Of a DNA stretch of 64,000 nt, positions 8,956 to 18,669 are shown piece by piece. How positions within the stretch are numbered: position 1 is the stretch's first letter; each line of letters starts with the position of its first letter. The notes under the pieces were generated by a model. It was not told the origin of the DNA. It saw nothing but the letters and a program-made list of their open reading frames with translations, and ran no database searches. Source of the stretch: an uncultured Verrucomicrobiota bacterium (GTDB lineage: Bacteria > Verrucomicrobiota > Kiritimatiellia > Kiritimatiellales > Tichowtungiaceae); contig CAYNOR010000006.1 of assembly GCA_964398915.1 (NCBI GenBank), forward strand, positions 14,068 to 78,067, read 5' to 3'. The position numbers were made by a program, and so were the translations under genes.

Positions 8956-9632
8956 AATGCCGTCTTTTGCAGTTCAAAAACGGTGATGTACCCGGAGTGG
9001 TGTGACACCGCTTTCCATTTAAACGGACTCGCACTGAAGGCGTCGCGCAGTTTGCCGTCGATGTTCTCGGCAATTTCGTTCTGCTGAAAAAGCCAGTGGC
9101 CGGAGTGTGCGCAGAGGGACCCGAACCACGTTGTGGGGACGTCCACATCAACGATGATAAACCGTCCGCCGGGCTTCAGTACACGCGCTGTTTCAGTCAG
9201 TACCTTTTTTTTAAGGTCGAAATTAATGTGGTGGAAGAAGAAGGTGGAAACAGCGGAATCAAAGGTTGCGTCGGGGTGCGGCAGCTTTTCAGCTATAGCC
9301 GACTCAAAGCGGATATTTGGAATGTCAGCGGCCTTGCGTTGTGCGATTTCTATCATTTTTTCGGCGGCATCCAGACCGGTGCAGCAGGATTTCTGTTTAT
9401 CTGTCAGTGCGGCGGCGATGTCCTGCGTCAGCGTTCCCGTGCCGCAGCCGAGATCGAGGATTTTTTCGTCGCCGCGCAGCGCGAGTTGCTGAATAACGAT
9501 GCGGTGATAGCTCCGTTCAAGGCCGAGGGTCATCAATGGCGCAAGGAAGTCGTAGACTTTAGCGGCATGGTCGAGCGTGACGCCGGCGGTCTGTTGCGCG
9601 GTGGCGGAACGCGGATGTTTTTTTTTATGCAT
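8952..9632 (-). CDS. class I SAM-dependent methyltransferase (UbiE/Methyltransf_11-like)
   Basis: ILDLGCGTGTLT glycine-rich SAM loop, then LKPGGRFIIVD. Confidence 0.8.
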   Translation of the reverse strand: MHKKKHPRSATAQQTAGVTLDHAAKVYDFLAPLMTLGLERSYHRIVIQQLALRGDEKILDLGCGTGTLTQDIAAALTDKQKSCCTGLDAAEKMIEIAQRKAADIPNIRFESAIAEKLPHPDATFDSAVSTFFFHHINFDLKKKVLTETARVLKPGGRFIIVDVDVPTTWFGSLCAHSGHWLFQQNEIAENIDGKLRDAFSASPFKWKAVSHHSGYITVFELQKTAL

Positions 9633-10641
9633 AGTTCAAATCCTGCAGGTCGAGTAGGGCAAACATGGAATCAGCCATGTGTCCGGCCGTTTTCCTGCTG
9701 ATACCGAGGCCCATGTCGCCCAGAGCTGTAAGTCCTTCCCGCATCATGCTGCATCCGAGCCGTGCGGCGGGCAGCGCGTACTGCGGAACTTCCAGATAGA
9801 GGCGGTCGGTGACGTTGAGTTTGCGGGTTTCCAGAGTTTGGAAAAAGTCCGGCTGATTTTCCCAAAGTCTGGAAAGCAGGTAGTTGTGGCGGCGTTCAAC
9901 GCAGTCGCGGGCCATATCGCGGATATCGTCGAGGATTTGGCATCCAATACCGAACTTCATGAGCGCTTCTTTGAGTGCGGCGGCGCGTACCCGGTTGAGC
10001 TGAGGTTCTATGATTTCCGGTGCAAGGAAGGCCACATTGAAGAGAATGCCGGTCTTATAACGGTGGATGACGGAAAGGACATGCTCGGACGACGGACGTT
10101 CAGTGACGCCCATTTCTTCACTGGCTTCCTGCGCCGCGCTCGGCAGAAGAATTTGTAGCGAGCGGTCGGAGAGTTCGCGTGCCTGCGCTGCATTCAACGC
10201 ACCGGAGGCGAGACCTTCGGCTAGTAGTTGCTGGAAAATGCGGTCGGCGGTCATGATGGATACGACCTGTCGCATGACGCGTGATGAGCCGGGCATCTGG
10301 ATCGGGATGACGACCTTATCTTCATCGTCGAGCAGGTTGTCGGCGCTGGTTACCCAGATGCGAAACAGGTGAATCAATTTGCCGTAAAAGAGACGGTGCT
10401 GCGGGGCGCAATCCATCAGGTGATACATGGATTGGAAGAGTGTGGAGAAAATATTTTTGCGCAGGCTGTAGAATGAATCGGGAATTGAATCCATTGAAAC
10501 GGCATATTCGGCGGGTGTGCCGGGCGGAACCTGCAGTACCTTTCCCGCTATTTCGTAAATCGACTTGATGGCGATCTGCTGTTCGTCGAAGGATGCTTTA
10601 AAAACCTTGCCTGCGTTCCAAAAATCAGTCCATGCATTCAT
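9625..10641 (-). CDS. divergent polyprenyl-synthetase-like (class 1 isoprenoid synthase fold) protein
   Basis: Second Asp-rich motif GIGCQILDDIRDM (GxxFQxxDDxxD-like), KTGILFNVAF (KT motif), and a degenerate first motif ADNLLDDEDK that lacks the usual RRG. Confidence 0.55.
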   Translation of the reverse strand: MNAWTDFWNAGKVFKASFDEQQIAIKSIYEIAGKVLQVPPGTPAEYAVSMDSIPDSFYSLRKNIFSTLFQSMYHLMDCAPQHRLFYGKLIHLFRIWVTSADNLLDDEDKVVIPIQMPGSSRVMRQVVSIMTADRIFQQLLAEGLASGALNAAQARELSDRSLQILLPSAAQEASEEMGVTERPSSEHVLSVIHRYKTGILFNVAFLAPEIIEPQLNRVRAAALKEALMKFGIGCQILDDIRDMARDCVERRHNYLLSRLWENQPDFFQTLETRKLNVTDRLYLEVPQYALPAARLGCSMMREGLTALGDMGLGISRKTAGHMADSMFALLDLQDLNYA

Positions 10642-10743
10642 AAGATTGTTTCCTGAGCGATAAACTCACATATTGAGCTTAACCGCAAGCTTTCCGGTAA
10701 ATTACCATTTGGTAATCGGACGATCAGCCTCTGCGGCGCCTTG

Positions 10744-11616
10744 TCAGTTGTAGAGTATCTGAATGGCGAGGCCCGCGATGGTGCTGATAAAAACAAGTAG
10801 CGCCACGATACGCAGGGTGTCCTTCAAATTATGGTTTTCTTTGAGCAAAACCAGCAGACCAAGTCCGCCGCTGCAGCACAGGCCGGATACAGTTGCCCCG
10901 TAGCCGAGTCCGCCTTTCAGGAATAATTCAGCGATGGCCACCGATGTGGCGCAGTTGGGAATTAATCCAACCAGTGCGGCCAGAAACGGCTGGAGAAGTG
11001 AATGGCGCAGCAGAACGTGACCTAGATTTTCTTCGCCGACCAGAGCGATGAGTCCGTTGATGCTGAGTGTTACTATAAAGATGAAAACAAAAATTTTCGA
11101 TGTGTGGATCAGCGGATGTTTAAGCAGCTGCCACCGGTTAGGCCCGCCCGAAAGCTGGTGATTGCAGCAGCCCAGCTCGTGATGTTCGTCCGCGTGATCG
11201 TCACGGACGGGTTCGGCTGACTTGCGGCGTCGCGATATCAGGTCAATCAGATATCCGGCGGTTATGCCGATGATCAACTTGGTGACCAACAGCGTTACAA
11301 CAATTCCGCTTCGGCCCGGTTGCGCCAGAATGACCGGAATGGCTTCATCGGAGGTTGAGAGAATCACAGCCAGCAATGTACCTGTGGTAATCAGGCGGCG
11401 TGAATAAAAGGATGCGGCGACTACAGAAAAACCGCATTGCGGAACACAGCCGAAAAGAGCGCCCAGTGCCGGACCGGTTTGGGCGGATTTTTTCAGCTGG
11501 TGTTCGATGGCTTTTCCGAATTTCCGTTCAAACCACTCCACGATAAAATAGACCAGTAGCAGGAATGGGATTATTCCGGCGCTATCGAATAAAGCATCAA
11601 GGACGAGTTCTTTCAT
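10744..11616 (-). CDS. ArsP_2-type putative 10-TM metal permease
   Basis: MKELVLDALFDSAGIIPFLLLVYFIVEWFE... and GCVPQCGFSVVAA are typical of this family. There is a central His-rich loop (DDHADEHHELGCCNH). Confidence 0.6.
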   Translation of the reverse strand: MKELVLDALFDSAGIIPFLLLVYFIVEWFERKFGKAIEHQLKKSAQTGPALGALFGCVPQCGFSVVAASFYSRRLITTGTLLAVILSTSDEAIPVILAQPGRSGIVVTLLVTKLIIGITAGYLIDLISRRRKSAEPVRDDHADEHHELGCCNHQLSGGPNRWQLLKHPLIHTSKIFVFIFIVTLSINGLIALVGEENLGHVLLRHSLLQPFLAALVGLIPNCATSVAIAELFLKGGLGYGATVSGLCCSGGLGLLVLLKENHNLKDTLRIVALLVFISTIAGLAIQILYN

Positions 11617-11738
11617 ACGTGTTGTGATTTTATAACAGCCCGTTTGCTTCGCGCAAAGTTCCAAACATCGGAAATGGGGACTGGCCCCATTTTTATTTTC
11701 AGGTTAGATTTTCCACTTTGACTGATTCAGGCCTGATT

Positions 11739-11966
11739 ATGCTGACAGAAATCATTAAACTGCTGAAAGAACGCGGGCCGATGTCGCTCGCGGAACTGGC
11801 ACGCCATTTTCAAACGGAAGTCCCGGCCATGGAAGGCATGCTTGAAATGCTGGAGCGTAAAAGCCGTATCCGGCGTTTGGCAAACAAGTGTTCCGGTTGT
11901 AAAGGGTGTGCCGAAGTGAAGCCGGAAGACGCGGCGGTTTTCCAGGCAGCTGATAAAACGGGCTGA
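11739..11966 (+). CDS. FeoC-like winged-helix protein
   Basis: IKLLKERGPMSLAELARHFQ...MLEMLERKSRIRRL followed by a CSGCKGC cysteine cluster. No feoA or feoB is nearby. Confidence 0.6.
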   Translation: MLTEIIKLLKERGPMSLAELARHFQTEVPAMEGMLEMLERKSRIRRLANKCSGCKGCAEVKPEDAAVFQAADKTG

Positions 11967-12021
11967 ATTTCCAGCCCTTGGAATCTGCCGGAAGCAGCCC
12001 AAGGGGTGGAAGGGGCCGATG

Positions 12022-12360
12022 TTAATGATCGCAGGCGTTTGTGCCGGACACCAGAGTTCCGGCCAGATAGGCTGCGGTCAATTCTTCCGGCGTAGCGGCA
12101 GGAGCGCCGACGACGACCGAAATATTCTGTTCCGCAAACAGCTGTTGCGCCCGCTGTCCCATGCCGCCGGCGATAATGACGGTTACCTTTTGTTCTCCCA
12201 GCCAGCGCGGCAGAACGCCCGGCTCGTGCGGCGGCGGGACGAGGTTTTCGCGAGCGGTGACTTTTTTCGTTGATGAGTCAACGGTCAACACAGCGAAGGT
12301 TTCGCAGTGGCCGAAGTGCATGCAGAGTTGTTGATTGGCGACGGGTATGGCGATTTTCAT
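12022..12360 (-). CDS. NifB/NifX-family (dinitrogenase FeMo-cofactor-binding fold) small protein
   Basis: MKIAIPVANQQLCMHFGHCETFAVLTVD is the family-typical N-terminus. An ATGA overlap links it to the upstream gene. Confidence 0.7.
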   Translation of the reverse strand: MKIAIPVANQQLCMHFGHCETFAVLTVDSSTKKVTARENLVPPPHEPGVLPRWLGEQKVTVIIAGGMGQRAQQLFAEQNISVVVGAPAATPEELTAAYLAGTLVSGTNACDH

Positions 12361-13157
12361 TCGGATTCTCCTTTTTGTGCAACGAACAGTTCCGGTTCTT
12401 TGCGGGTTTGACACGTTTTGTAAAGGCGTTCGGCAATTTCATGGATTTTGGGCAGGGTGATGGTTCGTGCACCGGTCGGGCAGTTTTTTACACAGGCGGT
12501 GCACCAGATGCATAAAGCCGGATCGGTTAGCGGCAATCCTTCGCTGATACGGATCGCATTCGCAGGACAGTGCGCGACACACTGTCCGCAACGGATGCAG
12601 GTTTCAGGATTGGAATCAGTCGCCGCGCCTGCCGGTTTCATTTCCGGTTTGTATGGCCGGTTTCCGGGAATTTTATTTATATCCAGAAGCGGCTTTCCGC
12701 TGATAAATTGACTGCCGAACTGTTCAGCCTGCCGGATATCTTTTTCGTCCGGTCGGTTGGCAGCAATCGGGAAATCGGCGGAAGAAAAAGAATGCTTTCC
12801 GACGAAAGCCGCCGCGCCAGTCACCTTGAACCCTTGCGCAGTACACAGGTCGCAAAGTTCCAGCAACGCATCGTCGTAAGCGCGGTTACCGTAAACAACT
12901 ACCGCAATGGCGGGCGCTTCCGATCCCCTGACCGCAGCAAACCGTTCAACTGCAAGGCGGGGCAGTCTTCCGGCGTAAACCGGCATGCCGATCACAACCG
13001 GATCATCCACAGCGAAAAACAGATGTCCGTCGATGGGTTCTTTCAGGTCGATCTCGAGGTCTGGGCCTTGTCCGGTTCCCCGGCAGACGGCTTGAACCAC
13101 GGTGCGGGTTGTTCCAGTCGGTGAAAAGAAAATAGAATACATCGGTTTATTGTTCAT
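12357..13157 (-). CDS. flavodoxin-like domain fused to a 2x[4Fe-4S] ferredoxin domain (EFR1-type)
   Basis: YSIFFSPTGTTR N-terminus, then CIRCGQCVAHCP and CIWCTACVKNCP. Confidence 0.7.
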   Translation of the reverse strand: MNNKPMYSIFFSPTGTTRTVVQAVCRGTGQGPDLEIDLKEPIDGHLFFAVDDPVVIGMPVYAGRLPRLAVERFAAVRGSEAPAIAVVVYGNRAYDDALLELCDLCTAQGFKVTGAAAFVGKHSFSSADFPIAANRPDEKDIRQAEQFGSQFISGKPLLDINKIPGNRPYKPEMKPAGAATDSNPETCIRCGQCVAHCPANAIRISEGLPLTDPALCIWCTACVKNCPTGARTITLPKIHEIAERLYKTCQTRKEPELFVAQKGESE

Positions 13158-13161
13158 CGTT

Positions 13162-13413
13162 CTATTCCCATTCTTTCGCCTCAATGGCAATCAGGCAGTC
13201 GGCTCCGGTCCAGACGAGATCGCAGTTGGGAACAACCATTACCGGGGCCTGCCGGATCTGGCGGTGGTCAAGTTTCCGGGCGGTGACTTCTTTGATCAGG
13301 TCGTCCATATGTTCCTCTGCGGACAGAATCTGATGAGGAATCGGTTTTAATGCAGCTTTAACCTGTTCGCAGATCGGGCAGTTCTTACTTGTATACAATT
13401 TAATCCTGTTCAT
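13162..13413 (-). CDS. glutaredoxin/NrdH-like thioredoxin-fold protein
   Basis: KLYTSKNCPICEQVK CxxC motif in a protein of about 83 aa. Confidence 0.6.
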   Translation of the reverse strand: MNRIKLYTSKNCPICEQVKAALKPIPHQILSAEEHMDDLIKEVTARKLDHRQIRQAPVMVVPNCDLVWTGADCLIAIEAKEWE

Positions 13414-14342
13414 TGTGCGGCATCTTCCTGTTTTGCACTGTAAAAAGTCCGTCCACCGGATTCCCGTGCGTCCAGCAGGCCGCCGGTCTTGAGCTCTTCA
13501 ATATATTTGATGGCTTCATTCCGGTGAATGCCGAGTCCTTCTGCAACGTCATCCAGCGTGCACGGACGGCGGCGGAGCATTTCCAGTATGGTTTGTTTCT
13601 GTACGGTAAAATCGGTTTGGGCGTGTACACCCCGGTAATCAGCAATGATTTCAGCGGCCGGACTGAACTGAACCGCAATTTCGCTCAATCGGGTTTTGCT
13701 GACCTGAACAGCATATTTTTCTGCAGGCGGGCGGGTGGCGGTGTTCAGTTGAATCCGGTCGGGCTGAATCTGTTTGGCGCAGTCGGCCATTTCGCGAACC
13801 TGACTTTGGGACGTGTTGATTCCCTCCAGAAAAAACACTTCCAGCCAGTATTGGTTTTTAAATTCCCTCCGGAAGCGAACCAGCCCTTCCAGCATCTTGG
13901 CAAACGTGATTTCCGGTGCGGGCCGGTTCATGGCATCAAATACAGTCTGACTTCCGGCATCCAGCGAGGGAATCACCAGATCGGAGTTCAGTAATTGCGC
14001 CCGTACTTCTGTTTTCCAGAGTAACGACCCGTTGGTCAGGACGGCCACCGGAACTTTTGTAATGGAATGAATGCGGTCAATCAGTTCGTCGAGACGTGAA
14101 TACAGCGTCGGTTCACCCGAACCGCTGAGCGTGATCCAATCCGGCTTTAACGCCAGTTTCGCCTGCAAATCCTCAATCACGGTGTCCATCGGAACCCATT
14201 CGCGCCGTTCGACGGTTTTACAGGTGGTGCGTCCAAGCTGGCAGTAGATGCAATCATAGGAGCAGGTTTTAAATGGAACCAGATCAACCCCGAGCGACCG
14301 CCCGAGCCTGCGGGATGGAACTGGACCGAATACATAGCTCAT
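13410..14342 (-). CDS. radical SAM protein with C-terminal winged-helix-like domain
   Basis: YVFGPVPSRRLGRSLGVDLVPFKTCSYDCIYCQ contains the CxxxCxxC motif. The probable ATG at 14342 overlaps the stop of the upstream gene. Confidence 0.8.
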   Translation of the reverse strand: MSYVFGPVPSRRLGRSLGVDLVPFKTCSYDCIYCQLGRTTCKTVERREWVPMDTVIEDLQAKLALKPDWITLSGSGEPTLYSRLDELIDRIHSITKVPVAVLTNGSLLWKTEVRAQLLNSDLVIPSLDAGSQTVFDAMNRPAPEITFAKMLEGLVRFRREFKNQYWLEVFFLEGINTSQSQVREMADCAKQIQPDRIQLNTATRPPAEKYAVQVSKTRLSEIAVQFSPAAEIIADYRGVHAQTDFTVQKQTILEMLRRRPCTLDDVAEGLGIHRNEAIKYIEELKTGGLLDARESGGRTFYSAKQEDAAQ

Positions 14343-14343
14343 A

Positions 14344-15180
14344 TCAATCCTCGATTTGTATGACTGTACCGGACGGGCACGTTTCGCATTTTTCCGGGAA
14401 TTCATTCCATAAGCGCACTATCGCTGCGAAGCCGGTGCAGTGGCAGGGGATCAGCCGTTGAACATTAAAACGGCGCAGTTCAGCCACGGTTTTATTCATA
14501 CGTTCCGGGCTGGCGTTGAGCAGATGCATCCCGCCGATGACGGTATGGATCGGACGGTTATCCGTGAGAGTCTGGATATAGCGCAGCGTGTTGATGACGC
14601 CGGAGTGCGCACAACCGAGAATTACGGCGGTTCCGTTTTTTGTTTCTGTGAATAGTGCCTGATCATCCGGAAGATCATCCGGAATCCGGCACTCCGGGTC
14701 TTTGAAAAACGCGCCGCCGGTATCTTCAAAGCGGGTGGTTCTGGGAATCGGTCCGGTCAGGAAAAGTCCAGGAGCAATCATTGTTTTTTCTTCGACAAAA
14801 ACAATCTCTGCGAGTTCACCCGCTGTAATTTTGTTGCCGGCCGTCATGCCGACCTCGCGGGCAGAGCCACTCGGATTGAGTGCATATTTCAATGAGAAGG
14901 CTTCCGGATGGACGTAGAGACGCGGACAGTCCATGCCGTTCAGCGCATAGGTCAGTCCTCCGGTGTGATCGTAGTGTCCATGGCTCAAAACGACAGCATG
15001 GATTGTTTTCAGATCGACGTCCAGCGTCTCGGTGTTATGCCGCAACGCCAGCCCCTGACCGGTATCGAAGAGAATTTTATCCCGTCCGCTTTCGATCAAA
15101 AACGAAAGTCCGTGCTCTGCCAGCAGATCGCGTTTCCCGGCAGCATTCTCAACCAGAACGGTAATTTTTAGATTATTCAT
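14344..15180 (-). CDS. MBL-fold metallo-hydrolase
   Basis: VLSHGHYDHTGG motif. Confidence 0.8.
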   Translation of the reverse strand: MNNLKITVLVENAAGKRDLLAEHGLSFLIESGRDKILFDTGQGLALRHNTETLDVDLKTIHAVVLSHGHYDHTGGLTYALNGMDCPRLYVHPEAFSLKYALNPSGSAREVGMTAGNKITAGELAEIVFVEEKTMIAPGLFLTGPIPRTTRFEDTGGAFFKDPECRIPDDLPDDQALFTETKNGTAVILGCAHSGVINTLRYIQTLTDNRPIHTVIGGMHLLNASPERMNKTVAELRRFNVQRLIPCHCTGFAAIVRLWNEFPEKCETCPSGTVIQIED

Positions 15181-15782
15181 GTGTTTTTATCCTTTGAAAA
15201 GAGAAGCGGGAATACGATGTCGCTGGTACAGCAGGGAATCCATACTGCCAGAAACAGAAAGACTGCTGTGAGAATGATGGCAACCGCGCTCATGGTTGCA
15301 CCGGTCGCCATGGTGATGTGAAACAGGGAGGCCCAAGTGCTCAGGAGTACGTGGGTGGCGTGCGGAAATTTTGTTCTAGGCCATACGCAGGCCCACGCAA
15401 TACCGGCAAGTGCCAGCGGATTAACCAGCCACCATTTCTCGATAAATCCCAGATGCAGTCCGCGATGAGGTAGATCGAGCAGGATTTCTCCAATAAACGG
15501 GATGATACTGTCGCTGAGCGTTGCAATTCCAACAGAACCAAAGTAGCCGATAGCCAGCGTTTTCCAGAATCCCTTGTTGCCATGCAACCGGTACATGGCG
15601 GTTGTAACCAAAGCGCTGAGAAAAACGTGAACCGGATGGCACGTCCAAAACAAGACGGACGAAATCTCATGCGGCACCTGTGCCTGAATAAAAACGGCCA
15701 TCAGCACAATGCCTGTCACGGTTCCGAACGCTGTAAACGGCGCATGCTGTTTCAGCTCTTTTGCTATGATTCCGGCGCTCAT
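15177..15782 (-). CDS. polytopic membrane protein with conserved histidines, function unknown
   Basis: About 6 hydrophobic segments, several His residues (CHPVHVF, HATHVL), and overlaps with both neighbouring genes. Confidence 0.5.
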   Translation of the reverse strand: MSAGIIAKELKQHAPFTAFGTVTGIVLMAVFIQAQVPHEISSVLFWTCHPVHVFLSALVTTAMYRLHGNKGFWKTLAIGYFGSVGIATLSDSIIPFIGEILLDLPHRGLHLGFIEKWWLVNPLALAGIAWACVWPRTKFPHATHVLLSTWASLFHITMATGATMSAVAIILTAVFLFLAVWIPCCTSDIVFPLLFSKDKNT

Positions 15783-16252
15783 GCAGACACCTCACGATTC
15801 ATTGGAGACTTTGTCGTATTATAGTCACAGATCAGCACACCGTTCAGGTGATCCAGTTCGTGCTGAACCGTACGCGCCCACAAGCCGTCCAGCCGGTGAA
15901 GTTGTCTATGCCCGAGGATATTATACCCGACTACGTCAATGCAGGAGTCCCGTTCAACCGCTACGGATAATTCGGGAAGACTCAGACACCCTTCTGTCAT
16001 TTGACTGCGTCCGGTGTTGTTAATAACCATCGGATTGATCAAACACAAAAACCGGTTGTTGATTTCGGCGACAAAAAACCGGCCGGTTAGGCCCGCCTGA
16101 GGTGCCGCCAATCCGATTCCCTTGTGCATTTGCATCAGGGTGAACATTTCATTAATGACATCTGAAAGCCAGGTGTCGAATTTCTCAACCGGCATACAAA
16201 CCTGTCGCAGAACCGGATCGGGATGCATTTTCAGAGTAAGTGGCTGCGGCAT
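15779..16252 (-). CDS. def: peptide deformylase
   Basis: Motifs GIGLAAPQ, EGCLS and HELDHLNG. Confidence 0.9.
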   Translation of the reverse strand: MPQPLTLKMHPDPVLRQVCMPVEKFDTWLSDVINEMFTLMQMHKGIGLAAPQAGLTGRFFVAEINNRFLCLINPMVINNTGRSQMTEGCLSLPELSVAVERDSCIDVVGYNILGHRQLHRLDGLWARTVQHELDHLNGVLICDYNTTKSPMNREVSA

Positions 16253-16270
16253 AATGGGTTCTCTTTTTTA

Positions 16271-17488
16271 TCAGAATTCTTTTTTCAGCGCGGCATCAAT
16301 TTGTTCAACCGCTTTTTCAAACGCCTGTGCGGCGGCGGATTCGCTGTGTTTTTGCAGAAAGCTGTGTCCGGCATCGCCGCAAAGGCCGACGTTCGGATCA
16401 ATCGGAATGCGGCCAAGAAACGCAAGGTTGTATTTCTCCGCGGTCTTGTATCCGCCGTTTTTTCCGAACAGGTGGATGGTTTCTCCGCATTTCGGGCAGG
16501 TGTACCCGCTCATGTTTTCTAAAACTCCAAGAATCGGCAGATCAATTTTCCGGCAGAACTGAACCGACTTGCGTACATCGGCAGCAGCGATTTCCTGAGG
16601 CGTGGTCACAATGACCGCGCCATCCGGCGAGCCGATCAGCTGGCAGACGGAAAGAGGTTCGTCACCGGTGCCGGGCGGACAGTCTGTAATCAGATAATCC
16701 AGCTCGCCCCAGTTCACGCCGTGCAGCATTTGTTCGAGAACTTTCATTTTCAGCGGTCCGCGCATGATGACGGCCTGATCGGGATGCTCCAGCATAAAAC
16801 CGGAAGACATCAGTTTGATACCGCTGGCCCGCACGGGCTCAACGGTGTCGCCGAACTGTTCTGCGTGTGAGCCGACCTGATTGAACAGGGTGGGAATACT
16901 GGGGCCGTGAATGTCGGCATCGAGCAATCCGACCTTGAATCCTTTGGCCGCCAGCGACAGGGCCAGATTAGCCGCGACTGTGCTCTTGCCGACACCGCCT
17001 TTTCCGGAAAGCACCACGATGTTGTGTTTTACCCCGGAGAGTCCGTTAGATCCTGCTTGAACCGGCGGAGAGGTTTCCTTGCGCGAACTGCACTCTTTTT
17101 CGCAAGAGGAGCAGGCTTCCGGCGGACAGTGTTTTTTCCGGTAATCGGAAATCGCCGCCCGCAAGGTCGTGATCGCCAGAAGGGCACAATGGCTGGACTC
17201 CTCGGGAAACCCCGGCAGCAGAGCTAAAACATCTGCCGGTTCCAACGCAAAAGCGACAGACTCCGGAGCGCCGGAAGCCAGTGTGCAGGCGCTGGTACCG
17301 CAGGCGACGGAGTCGGTGCATCCGTCGGTTGTGAAGGTGCAGCGTGTAATCCGCTCTTCCTGAATTTTTACCCAGAACTCCATCGTGTCGCCGCACGGCC
17401 CGGTGAACCGTGCATTGCCGTTAGCTCCTTTAAGTGGCCCGAATACGCCGGGCAGGGCGGTGTTTCCATCTATTGCATTCGCTGACAT
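16271..17488 (-). CDS. NifU-N-like domain fused to an Mrp/NBP35/ApbC Fe-S cluster carrier ATPase
   Basis: N-terminal GPCGDTMEFW...TDGCTDSVACG, then VLSGKGGVGKSTVAANLA and a CPKCG motif. Confidence 0.8.
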   Translation of the reverse strand: MSANAIDGNTALPGVFGPLKGANGNARFTGPCGDTMEFWVKIQEERITRCTFTTDGCTDSVACGTSACTLASGAPESVAFALEPADVLALLPGFPEESSHCALLAITTLRAAISDYRKKHCPPEACSSCEKECSSRKETSPPVQAGSNGLSGVKHNIVVLSGKGGVGKSTVAANLALSLAAKGFKVGLLDADIHGPSIPTLFNQVGSHAEQFGDTVEPVRASGIKLMSSGFMLEHPDQAVIMRGPLKMKVLEQMLHGVNWGELDYLITDCPPGTGDEPLSVCQLIGSPDGAVIVTTPQEIAAADVRKSVQFCRKIDLPILGVLENMSGYTCPKCGETIHLFGKNGGYKTAEKYNLAFLGRIPIDPNVGLCGDAGHSFLQKHSESAAAQAFEKAVEQIDAALKKEF

Positions 17489-18339
17489 AGTTTCTCCCAT
17501 AAGGTTTGTATGAATTGCGAAGCGGGTCCTTCGTTATGTTCCACTACGCTTTGCCCGTTAATTTGGGCTTCCGTAATGGATTTATCGTAAGGAATCCGCG
17601 TTAAAACGGTTGCGCTGGCATTTGCTGCGGCGGATTCAATGGCCGCCGTCATCGCTGGATTGATGTCCCATTTGTTGACGCAGATGAACGCGGGAATCTG
17701 AAAGTGGCGCGTCAGTTCAAGAACCCGCAACAGATCGTGCTGCCCGGACAGTGTGGGCTCAGTGACCGCCAGTACAGCATCCGCGCCGGTGAGCGAGGCG
17801 ATAACCGGACAGCCGGTGCCGGGCGGGCCGTCCACTAAAATCCAGTCCGCTTGAATGGCTGCTGCAACTTGCTTGGCCTGACTGCGCACGGTACTCACGA
17901 GTTTACCGGAGTTTTCAGCGCCGATTCCAAGCCGAGCATGAACCATCGTACCGCAACGGGTTTTTGAAAGGAACCACTCGCCGCAGAGACGTTCTGGAAA
18001 ATCAATCGCCTTGGCCGGGCAGAAGTGGACGCAAACTCCGCAGCCTTCGCAGGAAGCCGGATCAATCCGGAAGAGCCCGTCGATTGCTTCGATCGCATCG
18101 AACCGGCAGAGCGTCTGGCAGAGTCCGCACTGCAAGCAATCTGCTGTACGGATGACCGCCTCGTGTCCGCTGTAAAACGGATGAGTTTGCTGTGCCTCGG
18201 GCCGGAGAATCAAATGCAGATCGGCTGCATCGACATCGCAGTCGGCCAGCACCGCGTTGTTCGCGAGCGTGGCGAAGGATGCCGTGATGCTGGTTTTACC
18301 GGTTCCGCCTTTGCCGCTGATGATGACGAGTTCTTTCAT
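17470..18339 (-). CDS. MinD/ParA-type P-loop ATPase with inserted 4Fe-4S ferredoxin domain
   Basis: IISGKGGTGKTS, then CLQCGLCQTLC and CEGCGVCVHFCP. Confidence 0.8.
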   Translation of the reverse strand: MKELVIISGKGGTGKTSITASFATLANNAVLADCDVDAADLHLILRPEAQQTHPFYSGHEAVIRTADCLQCGLCQTLCRFDAIEAIDGLFRIDPASCEGCGVCVHFCPAKAIDFPERLCGEWFLSKTRCGTMVHARLGIGAENSGKLVSTVRSQAKQVAAAIQADWILVDGPPGTGCPVIASLTGADAVLAVTEPTLSGQHDLLRVLELTRHFQIPAFICVNKWDINPAMTAAIESAAANASATVLTRIPYDKSITEAQINGQSVVEHNEGPASQFIQTLWEKLCQRMQ

Positions 18340-18348
18340 GGGGAATTC

Positions 18349-18669
18349 CTAAACCGTAATCAGTCTGTCCGAGTCCCGGACAATTTCGTAGTGATCTTTG
18401 AGTGTAGAAAGCGGGCAGATTTCAGAGCCGTCCGAGCGCCTCAATTTCAGGCAGGTCCCGCAGGCAAAAAATCTCCCGCCTTCCTTGAGAATGGATTCTG
18501 CAAGCGCTTTAATATCAAACTTCAGGTCTTCAATCCGGTCGATTTCCACGCCGCGGCCGGAAAGAAAAATTCTGACATCATCGCCTTCTTTTAAGCTGTA
18601 GAGTGCTAATCTTAATGCATTAAAAACTGTTTCCGGATCGGTTTGAGTGATGATGATTCCCAGCCTCAT
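18349..18669 (-). CDS. DsrE/DsrF-like family protein
   Basis: MRLGIIITQTDPETVFNALRLALYSLKEGDDVRIFL, and FFACGTCL. Confidence 0.65.
   Translation of the reverse strand: MRLGIIITQTDPETVFNALRLALYSLKEGDDVRIFLSGRGVEIDRIEDLKFDIKALAESILKEGGRFFACGTCLKLRRSDGSEICPLSTLKDHYEIVRDSDRLITV

Noticed and set aside
11739-11966. A Feo iron-uptake locus, suggested by FeoC.
   Set aside because: No feoA or feoB is adjacent. I treat it only as a small winged-helix/Cys-cluster protein next to a metal permease.
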